A DNA stretch of 53,426 bases, the filler included, from Circinaria calcarea (Eukaryota), in the NCBI GenBank assembly GCA_051942165.1. It is 3 parts of 3 records of this genome, joined end to end, with 100 filler letters (N's around TTAATTAATTAA, not from the genome) between each part and the next. Parts side by side here need not be neighbours in the genome. Positions count along the whole stretch, not along the records: positions 17,884 to 35,608 come from JAVECS010000257.1; 2 more parts are not named here. One strand, written 5' to 3'. The number at the start of each line of letters is the position of its first letter. Positions within the stretch are counted from its first letter, which is position 1. The notes under the pieces were generated by a model that ran no database searches, was not told where the DNA came from, and saw nothing but the letters and a program-made list of their open reading frames with translations. This document shows, piece by piece, positions 24,036 to 35,708 of this stretch. Made by a program: the position numbers and the translations under genes.

Positions 24036-25491
24036 TACGAACTTCTAAATAGGAGATGACAATGGCTATGCAGACTTTTTGGATAGATTCTAAGAGCAAA
24101 ACGTTTGCTGCAATATATACGGGGTATACTCTCGAGCAAAGCCGGGTTAAGCCACCTACTCCACGCGGGCCGAGGACACCAATCTGTGTTCCATAGATAA
24201 GGAGCTTTCAGATTGGATGGCATCGTTCTTACAATAGCCTGCTTCATAGCGGTAAGGGGTGACGGAGCAGCTACCCAGCACCTGAACCAATATTTGGAGA
24301 TACCCGAGACCCGTAATACTTTCCTGATTAGGAAATCATCACGATTACCGGTCGTGTAATAGACGAGCTCCGAAGCCCTAGCTTCGAAGGTGATGCACTG
24401 GAGATGGTAGCTGCCGCAGGTGAGGTCGATGATTGACCGAGTGTAGTTCGTACAATCAGTTCTCACATGTAGCCCAAGGAGTTGACGTCGCTTCGAATCC
24501 TGCAGCTTGATAAGGTGATTCGAAAAGAACATCTTGCCCAACTGTAAGCAGTAGCCGCAAATGGCCTTCACTGTGTGGTTTTTTCAGTTGGCTTAAGGTA
24601 GGTGCAGCATCTGATCATCGTAGTAAATACGTTGGTCTCAGGCCGATGATGATAGTAAAGGGTTGCTGCAGTAGCGATTGAAGATCATATTGGTCACACA
24701 GTCACCTGATCTACAGAGTACCATACGGGTTTCGGTTTATTTCTAAAGCTAATCATCACGAGCGCATTGCCACACATACGGCGCTGCATAACGCTTTTCG
24801 ACTCCGGATTTGTTACCGCACACGAGTTTCAGCTCTATTGTCATTTTTCATTTGCTTTTGGGGCATGCTCCGTGTTCGGTGATACTGAGATAACAACCTT
24901 TACCACATTTCTTGCTATAGAGCAAAGCGGATCCGTCGTCATGCTGATGGCACATCTTGTAGCGTTAGAGAAGGATGGAGCCATATTTCAATCTCCAGGG
25001 TGAGCGCCGCATACCACGGCGAAGGTAAGGATGACCAAGCCACGGGCTTATGCTTTATGCCTAGGGTTTGGGTAACGATCTCGAGGGGAATAATCTTAGA
25101 TCGTTTATGATTCACAGGTATATATTTAGATCTTTTTACCGGGTCACTCGTTTCGGATATCACAAGCGGGAGCAATGCATATATGCGATGATGCGAGCAT
25201 GTTGTCAAAATACACGCCAGATGGGTATACAGATGGTAATCTATTAGCGCGGCAAGTTATTGCAATATATTCTACCCCAAGAGATCGTGCATGGGCGAGT
25301 AAAGCCGAAGGCTGACATACTAAATGATTTTGATGACAAAAGATACCACGTCTGCTAATCTACCTAGGGCCCATATCGGGTAAGCCATCTATGCCGCAAG
25401 ATCCATGCAGCAATCTCTGATAAACGCCAGTCAATAAATCAAGCCCATCCAAGCCCCATGGACGATCTAACATCCGAGCCGTGAGCCACCT

Positions 25492-27386
25492 TTACTTGGA
25501 CCCAGAGTCCAGGGTGATAAGTTCCTTCGGTGTAGACGGAACGCGCTTCGCCAGATACTCATCCAAATAGCCGTCATAGGCATGTGGGCCGTACGGCGAA
25601 AACAGTTCCGAGAGGAAGTTGCCCTTACGGCGGGACTTGACGCCTGCTTCACCGAGGAGTTTGTCAAGGTACTGTCAGCCGTCAGGTTAGTATCATTTAG
25701 TGCTTTGTGTAGGAAGGCCTCCTTACCGGAATCCAATCAAACAGAGCGTACGGGTAACGCTGGCCACAACTCGCATAGCGTTTACGTGTCCAGGCATTCC
25801 ATTGCGCAACCTCCTTGATCATACTGTCTTCATCAGGCAAAGGGACTTCGTCAAGCAGGTACAAGACACCCCAGAAGGATTGGATCTCTGAGATGGTCGG
25901 TGTCTGTGTTGTGTGGATCTGGCCAAGAATAACTAGTGAGCGATCTCCAGCGATGGCGTTAGTCAGGGGGACTATTCGGTTGTACAGCCTCCAGCGCCGC
26001 GTGGGCTGGACACGTGCAGGATGCCAGTTGCTGTAGTCTGGTCCACTGGCAAGAAGGGGAAGCTCCTTGTTGATATGCTTGTCAGCCGCGAGGTCGTGTT
26101 TCTCCCAGGCCATGTCGGCAGCTTCGGAGCTTGCAACGGTAGTCTTGCCGTATGAAGGGATTCCGAGCTCGGCTTTCAACTCAGGGGAGAAGATGCTGAA
26201 GTGATCGCCCCAGCCGGTGCAGGAGATGACTGTGTCGGCCTGGATTTCTTCGCCGGAACGGAGAACCACGGATTTCTCGCCAACAGTATCGATATTTTCG
26301 CGAAGGATTTTGAGGTTCCCTCCTTTAAGGGTGCTCCAGAAATCGTCGAGAGTCACTAGGCCGAGACTTGAGTCGCACCAGAAGGTACTATACTCATATC
26401 AGTACCAAGGTAATGTGAAAACGCGATTATGGAAGTACCTTCGATCCGGCATCATCGGCTTCAGCGCTGCAATATTCCCACCATCGTGGAATCCTGCAGC
26501 TTTATAGCTCTGATGCGTATTCTGTCTCCAGTGTGCATTAGTAAGCCACCTTCCTATCGATGTTCTGTAGAAGAAGTCGGCAAGCAGTCCCTTGCTGTTT
26601 AAAATCGAAGGACTAAGGTAGTTCATAAGTCGGGTAGATCCAATGGAAATTGTATTCATGCCGAGCATCTCAGCGGGCATGATAGGCATGGGCCCTGCAC
26701 CATCAGGTCGGATAATCCAAGTAATACGTTTACCCATGGAACACAAGAGATACACAGCGTCATACGCCGACTTTGCTGCACCAACAACAACTACACTGTG
26801 GACATCGTCTGAACCAAACTTTGGAACATTTGCTGCAATGTCCACCGAGTGGATTACAGGGATCGAATTCTTCTCAATCTTGAATGGCGGCACATTAGGA
26901 ACAGAAGTCAAGCCGGTGGCAACAATTAACTTGACGGTCTCAATGTAACCGTCCCCAACCTTCAACCTCCAACCTAGAGGGCATCTCTCGGCCTTCTCAA
27001 CCCAAGTGCTGAATCGAATACGGCGTAGGAGGTCATGATCCTCGGCGTACTTCTCCAAGTAATGCTGAATCATGAAGCCAGTGACAAGATGATGATCAGT
27101 TTCGCCTGTCTTGGGCATTGGACGGTCCGGATAGTTGAAGAGACCATGGGGAACCTGAGCAACGAGATTGGGATAAATGCGCTTCTTACTCCAGACACCA
27201 CCTACGGAATCATCAGATTCGATGATCGTGAGGTTCGTCTGCGGTTCAAGCTTCAGGTAAGTCTTGGCTGCTGAGAGCCCGTACCATCCTAGGACGTCAA
27301 TCAGCATCAGAAGTTGCTACAACATATGAGAACAGACCGGCACCGATGATGACGACGTCGAGGACCTTGGTTGGCTGTGGTGCCAT
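25492..27386 (-). CDS. FMO-like (class B) FAD/NADPH monooxygenase, about 579 aa, 4 exons (27386-27338, 27288-26439, 26387-25727, 25671-25492); DEP4-like
   Basis: MAPQPTKVLDVVIIGAG|WYGLSAAKTYL FAD-binding, VGGVWS, LIVATG, IHSVD fingerprint variant, VVVVGAAKSAYD NADPH-binding, VISCTGW. DEP4 resemblance is recalled, not searched. Confidence 0.88.
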
Positions 27387-28318
27387 TGCGAGTATTGATG
27401 AATGGGATACGTCGGGACTTCAGTAGCACTTCTGGCCGAGGATTAAAAGGTTGATGATTCTTCATCTTGGAAGAGAGACGGCACGAATAATGGTCTTTTA
27501 ACAATCTCTCGGGATTATCTTGATTCTCCCTTAGCCAATTCAACATATCCGGCCCGAAAGCTGTCTTAGGTTCTTGAACGCTCGGGGCAGCCAGCTCGGT
27601 GGAGATCGCTGGGGTAAAGCTACACGTAGAATTTATACGAGTGTAAACGGCAGTCATTGTGCGGCATGCAAGATTACTAATCTGCTTACTCCGTACGTGT
27701 TGCATATCACATGGTATATACAACATGATATGACAAGGCTGATCTTGGAGGCTCTTACAGAAATACTTCCATAGTTGGCGGGAATCCTTCCGGCCTGTCC
27801 ACTCTGCGATGCGGCATCCTCCGAGGTCATACAGCTCCCACGCCATGTATGCAACTTGCACCGGGATCAACGTGTTCATAGCTAATCTGTGGGTTCTCCT
27901 CCGGTCGTGTACACCGCTGCTCTAGGGTAACGACTTACGCTCTTTCTCCCATTCCTATGTTAGGATGCTGATTAGCCATGGCAGGAGGCGTACTATCCGG
28001 AAATGGCTCAGGAAAAGCGTCTATTGTTTTAACGCTAATAATATCTCATTCACCGCAACCATGTCGTATAATCTCGTCGTTAAGGCTAGGTTACGCGTCT
28101 GGTGCTGTACCTACTATCTACATCTGCTGTCTGTCCATTGAACCCACTCTCGCGGTCCGAGTTTTCTTTCAGGCTGCACAAGATGGTGGGGTGTCGGTAT
28201 CAATGGAGGACCGAGTAAATACGTCAATGTGCTATGATGGTTTATAAAACACAGGGCCAGCCGGCTTCTATTCTTCCTACGGCAATGCCATCTATCCTTG
28301 ATATCCTTGAATAACAAT
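27387..28318. promoter_or_regulatory. Bidirectional promoter region shared by the monooxygenase and the PKS
   Basis: Head-to-head ATGs at 27386 (-) and 28319 (+); TATAAAA at about 28243 upstream of the PKS. Confidence 0.6.
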
Positions 28319-31300
28319 ATGCCATACATTATAGAAGCCGCGGCGGGCGACACCTTGTTGGAGCCAATTGCCATCGTTGGCATGGGTAAGCGTTCCCCGA
28401 CATGATTTGATGGCTGTATCAGTCGAGTTGTGTGTCGAGTATACTGATACTCCATAGCATGTCGGCTCCCAGGATCCGTCGACTCTGCGTCATCCCTATG
28501 GGATGTGCTCAAAGAGAAGAAGTCGGTTCAGACTAAGAAGGTCCCGGCCAACCGTTTTAATATCGACGCCCACTATCATCCAGACCTCTCCCGACCTGGT
28601 AGCTTCCACGCTGAAGGGGGCTACTTTCTCGAGGGCGACCTTGCGGACTTTGATCCCACTTTTTTCGGCATGACTCCAATTGAAGCCATGTGGCTGGATC
28701 CACAGCAGCGGAAGATGCTCGAAGTCTCTTACGAATGTCTCGAGTCAGCGGGTCTTTCACTAGAAGTAGTGGCCGGTAGCAATACCGCCGTATTTGTGGG
28801 TAGCTTCACGAGTGATTACCAGCAAATGTCCACCCGCGAGCCTGATTTCCGGCATAACTACACAGCTACTGGCGTTGACGTAGGCATCATCAGCAATAGG
28901 ATTGGAAATACGTTTAACTTGAATGGTCCTAGGTAATCCGCGGTCTAGTCGCTTGATCTGATATACTTATCTAATATTTGTTAGTTTCACTATTAATACC
29001 GCATGCTCATCTTCGATATACGCCATCCATAATGCGTGTCACGCTCTACGTACCGGAGATTGCGAAGCTGCGATTGCTGGTGGGGTTAACTTGATCCTCA
29101 CTGTTGATCAGCACATGAATACTGCCAAACTGAGTATTCTTTCACCAACATCGACGTGTCATACTTTCGACAGCTCAGCCGACGGCTATGGACGAGCAGA
29201 AGGTGCTGGCGCGCTCTATCTCAAGCGCCTTTCTGATGCCGTCAGAGATGGGAATGTCATCCGTGGAATCATACGCTCTTCGGCCGTTAACACAAATGGC
29301 AAAGTTGAAGGCATGGGACTCACTCATCCCAGTGTTAAAGGACAAGAGACAGTGGTCCGCAAAGCTTACGAACGTGGAGGTCTCGACCCCAACAAGACAG
29401 CCTACCTTGAGTGCCATGGAACAGGAACCCCAGTCGGTGATCCTATAGAAGTTCGGGCGGTATCAAACGCCATGAATGATACAAGAAGCCCAGATGCACC
29501 GTTACTGATCGGTGCTATCAAAGCAAACATAGGTCACAGCGAAGCAGCAAGTGGCATATTCGCTGTCATGAAAGCGGCCATGGTGACCGAGTCAGCCATA
29601 ATACCTGGCGTCTGTGGTCTCCAAAATATTAACCCAGCCATCAAAGAAAGTGAGTGGAACGTGAAGATTAACGTCGACACAAGGCCCTGGCCTAAGGAAT
29701 TCGAAGTTCGAAGGGCTAGTGTCTCATCATTTGGTTATGGCGGAACCAATGGGCATATCATCGTGGAGTCTGCCGATGGATTATGTCCTTGGTATGAGCA
29801 TGGAAAGCCAAAAGCCATCGCAAAATATCAATATAATACTGCCAGACCGTTCTTGATTGGACCATCGGCTCACGATAAGAAAACTTTGGTCAGGAATATC
29901 GAAGCTTATCAAAAGATCGTTAAGGATTTCTACCTTCCTGACATCGCATACACTCTCAATTCGAGAAGAACGAGATTCTCCAATAGGGCTTTTATCATTA
30001 CAGCCGAACAGCAAGAAGCTAGTGCCTTCGATACTGGTTCCTTCACGTTTGGGGTAGCAAGTTCCCGTCCAGTGAAACTCGGGTTTATATTCACTGGTCA
30101 AGGAGCACAATGGCCAGGCATGGGGGTTGAAGCTATGAGAACCTTCCCTGCCTTTGGACGGACGATTGACGCACTCGATGCTGTCTTGCAATCAGTTTCA
30201 CCGGCCCCAACCTGGACACTAAGGGAAGCCCTTGAATCGCCTAAGGAGTCGAGCAGGGTTTCGGAAGCCGAGATCTCCCAACCTGTGTGTACTGCAGTTC
30301 AAATAGCCATAGTGGATCTTTTTGCATCATGGAATATAAAACCTGCCGTGACAGTTGGCCATTCATCGGGCGAAATCGGAGCAGCATACGCAGCAGGGCG
30401 CTTATCAGCTCCAGAGGCTATCTTGGCCGGTTTCTTTCGTGGTTTGGCTGTGAAAAAGGCGGCACCCGTTGGCACTATGCTTGCGGTAGGTATCGGTGCA
30501 TCTGCAATACAGCAATATATCCCTGAGTTAGTTGCTGAGGAAGTGACGATAGCCTGCGAAAATTCTTCCAGCAGCGTAACTTTAAGCGGTCTTTCTCCGG
30601 GTATCATTATTGTCAAGGAACGGCTCGACAAAGCTAAAATTTTTGCACGGGAACTTCCTACAGGAAAGGCCTATCATTCGTCTCAGATGAATGCTGTCGC
30701 AACTCTTTACAGTACGCTATACACGAGGGCCTTTAATACCCTTGACGATATTGATTTCGAATGGCGTCAACCAAAAGCCCCCATGGTCTCTTCTGTTACC
30801 GGTAAGCTATACACGAGGGACGATATCTCCATTCAGTACTGGTGTGATAATCTCAGAAGCCGAGTTTTGTTCGACTCTGCCATGACGACTCTGGGACAAT
30901 CGGAGTTATTCTCAGATGTTAGTTATCTAGTTGAGATTGGACCTCATTCTGCTCTAGCTGGACCAATCAAGCAGATATGTTCCGCGAACGAATTCAGCCA
31001 TCTTGCATATACCCCAACATTAACTCGTGGGTGTGATAGTTCTGTTGCATTGCTCAAAACTGCGGGCGAGCTTTACATCAAAGGACTATCCGTCGACTTC
31101 CAACAGATTAATCGTATTGAAGATTCTGCAGATCCTCTTTCGGGCAGGAAGCAAAACTTACCTCGATATCTCGTCGACCTACCCCCTTATCAGTGGAATT
31201 ATGAGAAAAATTTCTGGTATGAACCTCGATTTAGCCACGAGCAAAGACGTTCGAAATTTGCACGACATGATATTCTTGGGAGAAAGATATTCGGTCTGTC

Positions 31301-34300
31301 CGACAATTCTCTTACCTGGAAAAACACTTTACGTCACAAAGACGTCCCATGGCTAAAAGATCACCGCCTTGGTGATGCAGCTGTTTTCCCTGGAGCAGGC
31401 CATTTCTCCCTTGCGGTCGAGGCTTATATGCAAGCCTTGGACGTTGATGAGGACAGTATTGCGGGAGTTACCCTGCGCGACGTGAATATCAAAGCAGCTC
31501 TTATCATCCCCGAAACCGACGATGGAATTGAAATCCAGACAAGAATGCAAAGAGTTTCCCAATTTGGAAGCGATAGCGTTTGGTATGACTTCACAGTGGA
31601 GTCAATTGATAATGGTGTATGGACAACACATAGTAAGGGGCGGATTGGTATGAACCTGGTTGAACGCCCCTTTAAACAGGACTTCGACTGCCCTATCAAG
31701 CTTAATAAGCTTCATCAACACACATTAGCCAAGCGATGGTATGACTCATTCAATCTTGTTGGTTTCGAGTATGGTCCATCTTTTCAAACCCTCAGCCATA
31801 TCCGGACAAACGGCAAAGATCGGGCTGCAGCGGCGGATGTATATGTTACGAACGATTGTAGATTGATGAACAAGGAGTCTCGGTATATGTTACATCCTTC
31901 AACAATAGATGGCTGCCTCCAACTCCTCAACGTGTCAGTTCATTCAGGGCTTCATAAGGACATGCCGTTCGGTGTTGTGCCCCTCGAAATGGAGGAGATT
32001 AGTCTTTTCTTCCCTGGCTCAGACTGCGCTATTGATGGTAGTGCAGTGGCATGGACTGATAACACCAACGGCCGCTACTTCAACACCAACATTCAACTAC
32101 TTGGTACCTCTGGCAAGCTCATCCTCGATATCAAGAATCTCCGCAGTGTGTCATATGAAGCTGCTGTTCCTCAGCGCCGTTCAGATATGCCCACTCGACA
32201 ACCATACTCACAGATTTCCTGGAAGCCGGATATTACCGCATTGTCGGACGTCCAGGCGAAGAGCGTTTTCCCATCAAACGTTCAAAAGGACCAGTGTATC
32301 GCAAGAATGATCGAGCTATTGAATCATCAAAAACCTGTACAGAATACACTCATCCTTGGGAATGCGTCGATACATATGTTGTTAGCTGTCAGAAGTTCAA
32401 TGCTGACTACGTCGATATTGACGGTCGGCTTAACTTCAGCAAAGGAAGCTGAGAAGCTCGTTTCAGAAGTAGAGGGCTTAAATATTTCAATGTTTGTCTT
32501 ACCAGATGATAACTTAGAGCTTGCTGAAGCCGTTATCGAATCCCATGATCTCTTCATTCTTGATGAGAGTCTAATCTCGCGAGCATCTACTTCGGATTTG
32601 GTCAACAAGCTCAATTCCAACGCAGTGAAGGGAAGCCACATGATTGCTTATTTGCAATTATCTGATATGAAAACAGCTATATCTAACTCGATCGGATTTA
32701 CGCCGCCTCAACTTTCTATTGATTGCGGAAGCGTGAACATCATGTTAGCAAGCGCAGAGCCACACCAAAACAGAGTCGTACACCTCCAACGACGAATTGC
32801 AATCCTCTCGCATTGGAGTCCCGACGCAGTATCTAAAAAACTTGCTGAGAAGTTTCAAGAGAACGATTGCGGCATTCTTCTGTCCAAGATCGACGAAGCC
32901 AACATTGCCAATGTCAACGAGATTATCATAAACGACTGCCATGGAACTTTCCTGTCCGCTCCTACCAAAAAGTCTTTCAATGCCCTCAAGGTCGTTCTCT
33001 GTTCCGGGAAATCGATTGTCTGGCTTACTAAAGGGGTCAATCAGGGTAATACCATATCCGGTGGAATGAGCCAGGGGTTTCTTCGTGCCGTTCGGTCTGA
33101 GCAAGCTGCAGCCAGAATTGCGCTGGTGGATATCGATGAGGACGTGACCATTGAGGATGTGACTCCAATCCTTCTTGACAAACTTGAACACAATAGTGTA
33201 AAGGATTCCGGACTCGACACAGAATTCTGGATACGAGGTTGCGGTATCGTACATGTGCCTCGGCTTATCTCGCAAGACGCCCTTAACTTACCCCTTTCGG
33301 ATGACATAGTGTCAGCCATCAGCGTACCAATTGATGAAAATGTCGAATACGAAAGCTCCATCAACGGTAATGATCTCGTCTTCGAGCCTAAGCGCAGCTC
33401 AAGTGGCGATAAAGATCTTGATGTGCTTGAAGCCGAAATACAAGTCATATACTCGGAACTCAGCGCAGAGGATCTAAGTACAGGCTCTCAAAGACCACGC
33501 ATTGTACTCGGAAAGGTCCTCGATATTGGGTCAGGGCTTGAACAGTCGTTAGTGGGCCAGGAAGTTGTCACATATATTAATAGATGTTTCGAGACTAGAA
33601 TAAAGTCCTCAGCTTTTGTTAGAATATCGACAGCTGCGGATGCATTACCTGAAGCTCCGCAATTCATCGCCACTTTGCCCAACCTCTGCAAAGCCATCGA
33701 TGCTATTGTCAAGACCGGAAAAGCCAGGAGTGGAGATCATGTGCTCTTATTACCTTCAGCGTTGCCCTTCGTGGATGCTGTCGCTCGACTCAGCCGTGTC
33801 CTTAGCTTCCAATTCTCAGCTGTGGTTATGGATGCAGAAGAAAAAGATGAGTGCATTGCCAGATATCACCTTGACAGCGCGTCATTGCTTTTGGCTAAGG
33901 ACGTGGAGGCTATTCGAGAACTTATGACTTCAGCGGCTGCTCCAAATGTTGTGATCGCACATTCTTTCTCAGCGCTTAGCCAAGAGACCTGGCGGTTCAT
34001 GGCTTCTATGGGCAGGTTCGTGCTATGTGACGCTGCTATAGACGTGCCGCTAGATACACTCCCGTTCACCAAGGGGGTCTCATTCTTGACTACTGGAATT
34101 TCCACAAGGTTCACGAGAGATAAATCTTCGTTGAACGATTTACTTCAATCAGCCGTTGAGCTTATTTGTGGTAATAGCGATACTCTGACGCGGAATCCGC
34201 TCGTTATGGATATCGGGAGGCTTAGTGATCTTCAAAACGCTCGATCAGATGGAGCGCTACTGGAACCGAATGTTCTCAAGGTCTCTTATGGTGAGAGCAT

Positions 34301-35585
34301 CATCAAAGTAGGTATTCCTTCAATTTTTGTGAATCGCAGGCTAAGATTTGATTATAGACGAGAGAGACACAAGAGAATCTTAAATTCTCTTCAACTGCAG
34401 CATATCTTCTGGTCGGCTGCCTTGGTGGTCTTGGTCGGAGTTTGACTACCTGGATGCTGGAACATGGATGCAGAAATTTCGTCTTTCTCTCCAGATCAGG
34501 TGCAGATAAACCTGAGGCCGCGGAAGTGGTCGGCTCTCTGCGGAAAGCAGGAGCATCAGTTCAAATATTCCGTGCTGATGCTGGCGACAAAAAGGCTGTT
34601 GCAAACGTCCTTTCGATTGTTAGCTCGACGATATCTATTCGCGGTGTGGTTCATGCTGCCATGGTTCTTCAAGTAAGCCATATTTCTGCATCAATCACAA
34701 AACAAGGCTAATTTTGAACAGGATGGGATGTACGAAGGAATGTCTTTTGAGAAGTACATTTCGGCCGTCTACCCAAAGATGCTCGGTGCTATAAGCCTTC
34801 ATGAAGCGTTGAATAACACCCCGTTAGACTTTTTCGTCATGACAAGCTCCATCTCTGCAGTATTGGGCAACCCAGGACAAGCGAATTATTGCGCTGGAAA
34901 CAGCTACCTCGAGGCTCTCGCCTGGTATCGCCGTAAGCATGGCTTAGCAGCCAGTGCTATCGCCCTACCCATGGTCCTAGACGTAGGAGTCGTTGCCGAG
35001 AATCAAGACATCGAACTGTCTCTGAACCGCAAGGGCATGTACGGCATCGACGAGCGCGAGATGCTCGCTGCCTTCGAGGCCGGCATGCGTCAAGGTCCTC
35101 CCAAAGACGGTCAGGCACATATCGGCGAAGCACAAATCGCTCTCGGTCTCGATCCAGCGTCTCTTGCAGCAGCCGTTTCATCTCAGGATACTGCAAACGT
35201 CTACTGGTATAATGACGCCCGCCTCAACAACATCCGTGCGGCTGTCGAGGCGCTGAGCACCTCTGGATTAGACACCAGCGGCTCTGCCGCTGCTGGCTTT
35301 GTCGGCTCGCTTACAGGTAAGAGTCCACAAGTGGTGATTGAGAGCATCGGAGAGTACATCATCAAGCGGTGCTCCAGCATCTTGATGCTCCCGGCCGAGA
35401 ACTTCGAAATGGAGAATAAGTCGGTGGGGTCGTATGGGTTGGACAGCATGATCGGCGCGGAGCTGCGCACGTGGTTGTTCAAGGAATTTGGGCTGGAGAT
35501 TGGCTTTCAGGTGCTGTTAGGGCAGACATTGACGTTCACTGCGCTGGCGAAGATGGTGGCGGAGGTGTTGGGGTTGCTTGGGTAG
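28319..35585 (+). CDS. Iterative type I reducing polyketide synthase KS-AT-DH-(degenerate ER)-KR-ACP, about 2347 aa, 5 exons (28319-28385, 28458-28932, 28985-34307, 34358-34672, 34722-35585); DEP5-like
   Basis: KS EPIAIVGM, DPQQR, NTACSSS, HGTGT, GHSE; AT GQGAQW, GHSSG, AYHS; DH DHRLGDAAVFPG and IDGCLQ; KR GCLGGLG, VLQD, YCAGN; ACP GLDSM. Spliced length 7044 nt is divisible by 3. Confidence 0.96.
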
Positions 35586-35608
35586 GGTAGGGTAGGGTAG
35601 GGTAGGGG
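35580..35608 (+). repeat. (GGGTA)5-GGGG pentamer run overlapping the PKS stop codon and reaching the contig end
   Basis: gggtagggtagggtagggtagggtagggg immediately before the Ns. Confidence 0.85.
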
Positions 35609-35708
35609 NNNNNNNNNNNNNNNNNNNNNNNNNNNNNNNNNNNNNNNNNNNNTTAATTAATTAANNNNNNNNNNNNNNNNNNNNNNNNNNNNNNNNNNNN
35701 NNNNNNNN
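35609..35708. other. Artificial contig-joining spacer N44-TTAATTAATTAA-N44
   Basis: Same 100-bp six-frame-stop linker as at 17784. Confidence 0.97.

Noticed and set aside
24035..24571. 178-aa minus ORF upstream of the hydrolase
   Set aside because: Non-ATG start, no recognisable motif, occupies the expected hydrolase promoter.
27307..27879. 190-aa minus ORF as the monooxygenase N-terminus
   Set aside because: The FAD-binding start MAPQPTKVLDVVIIGAG is in another frame from ATG 27386; this ORF covers promoter DNA.
22780..35585. Assignment as an aurovertin/citreoviridin-type cluster
   Set aside because: Those PKSs have an active C-methyltransferase and a linked O-methyltransferase; neither is seen here.
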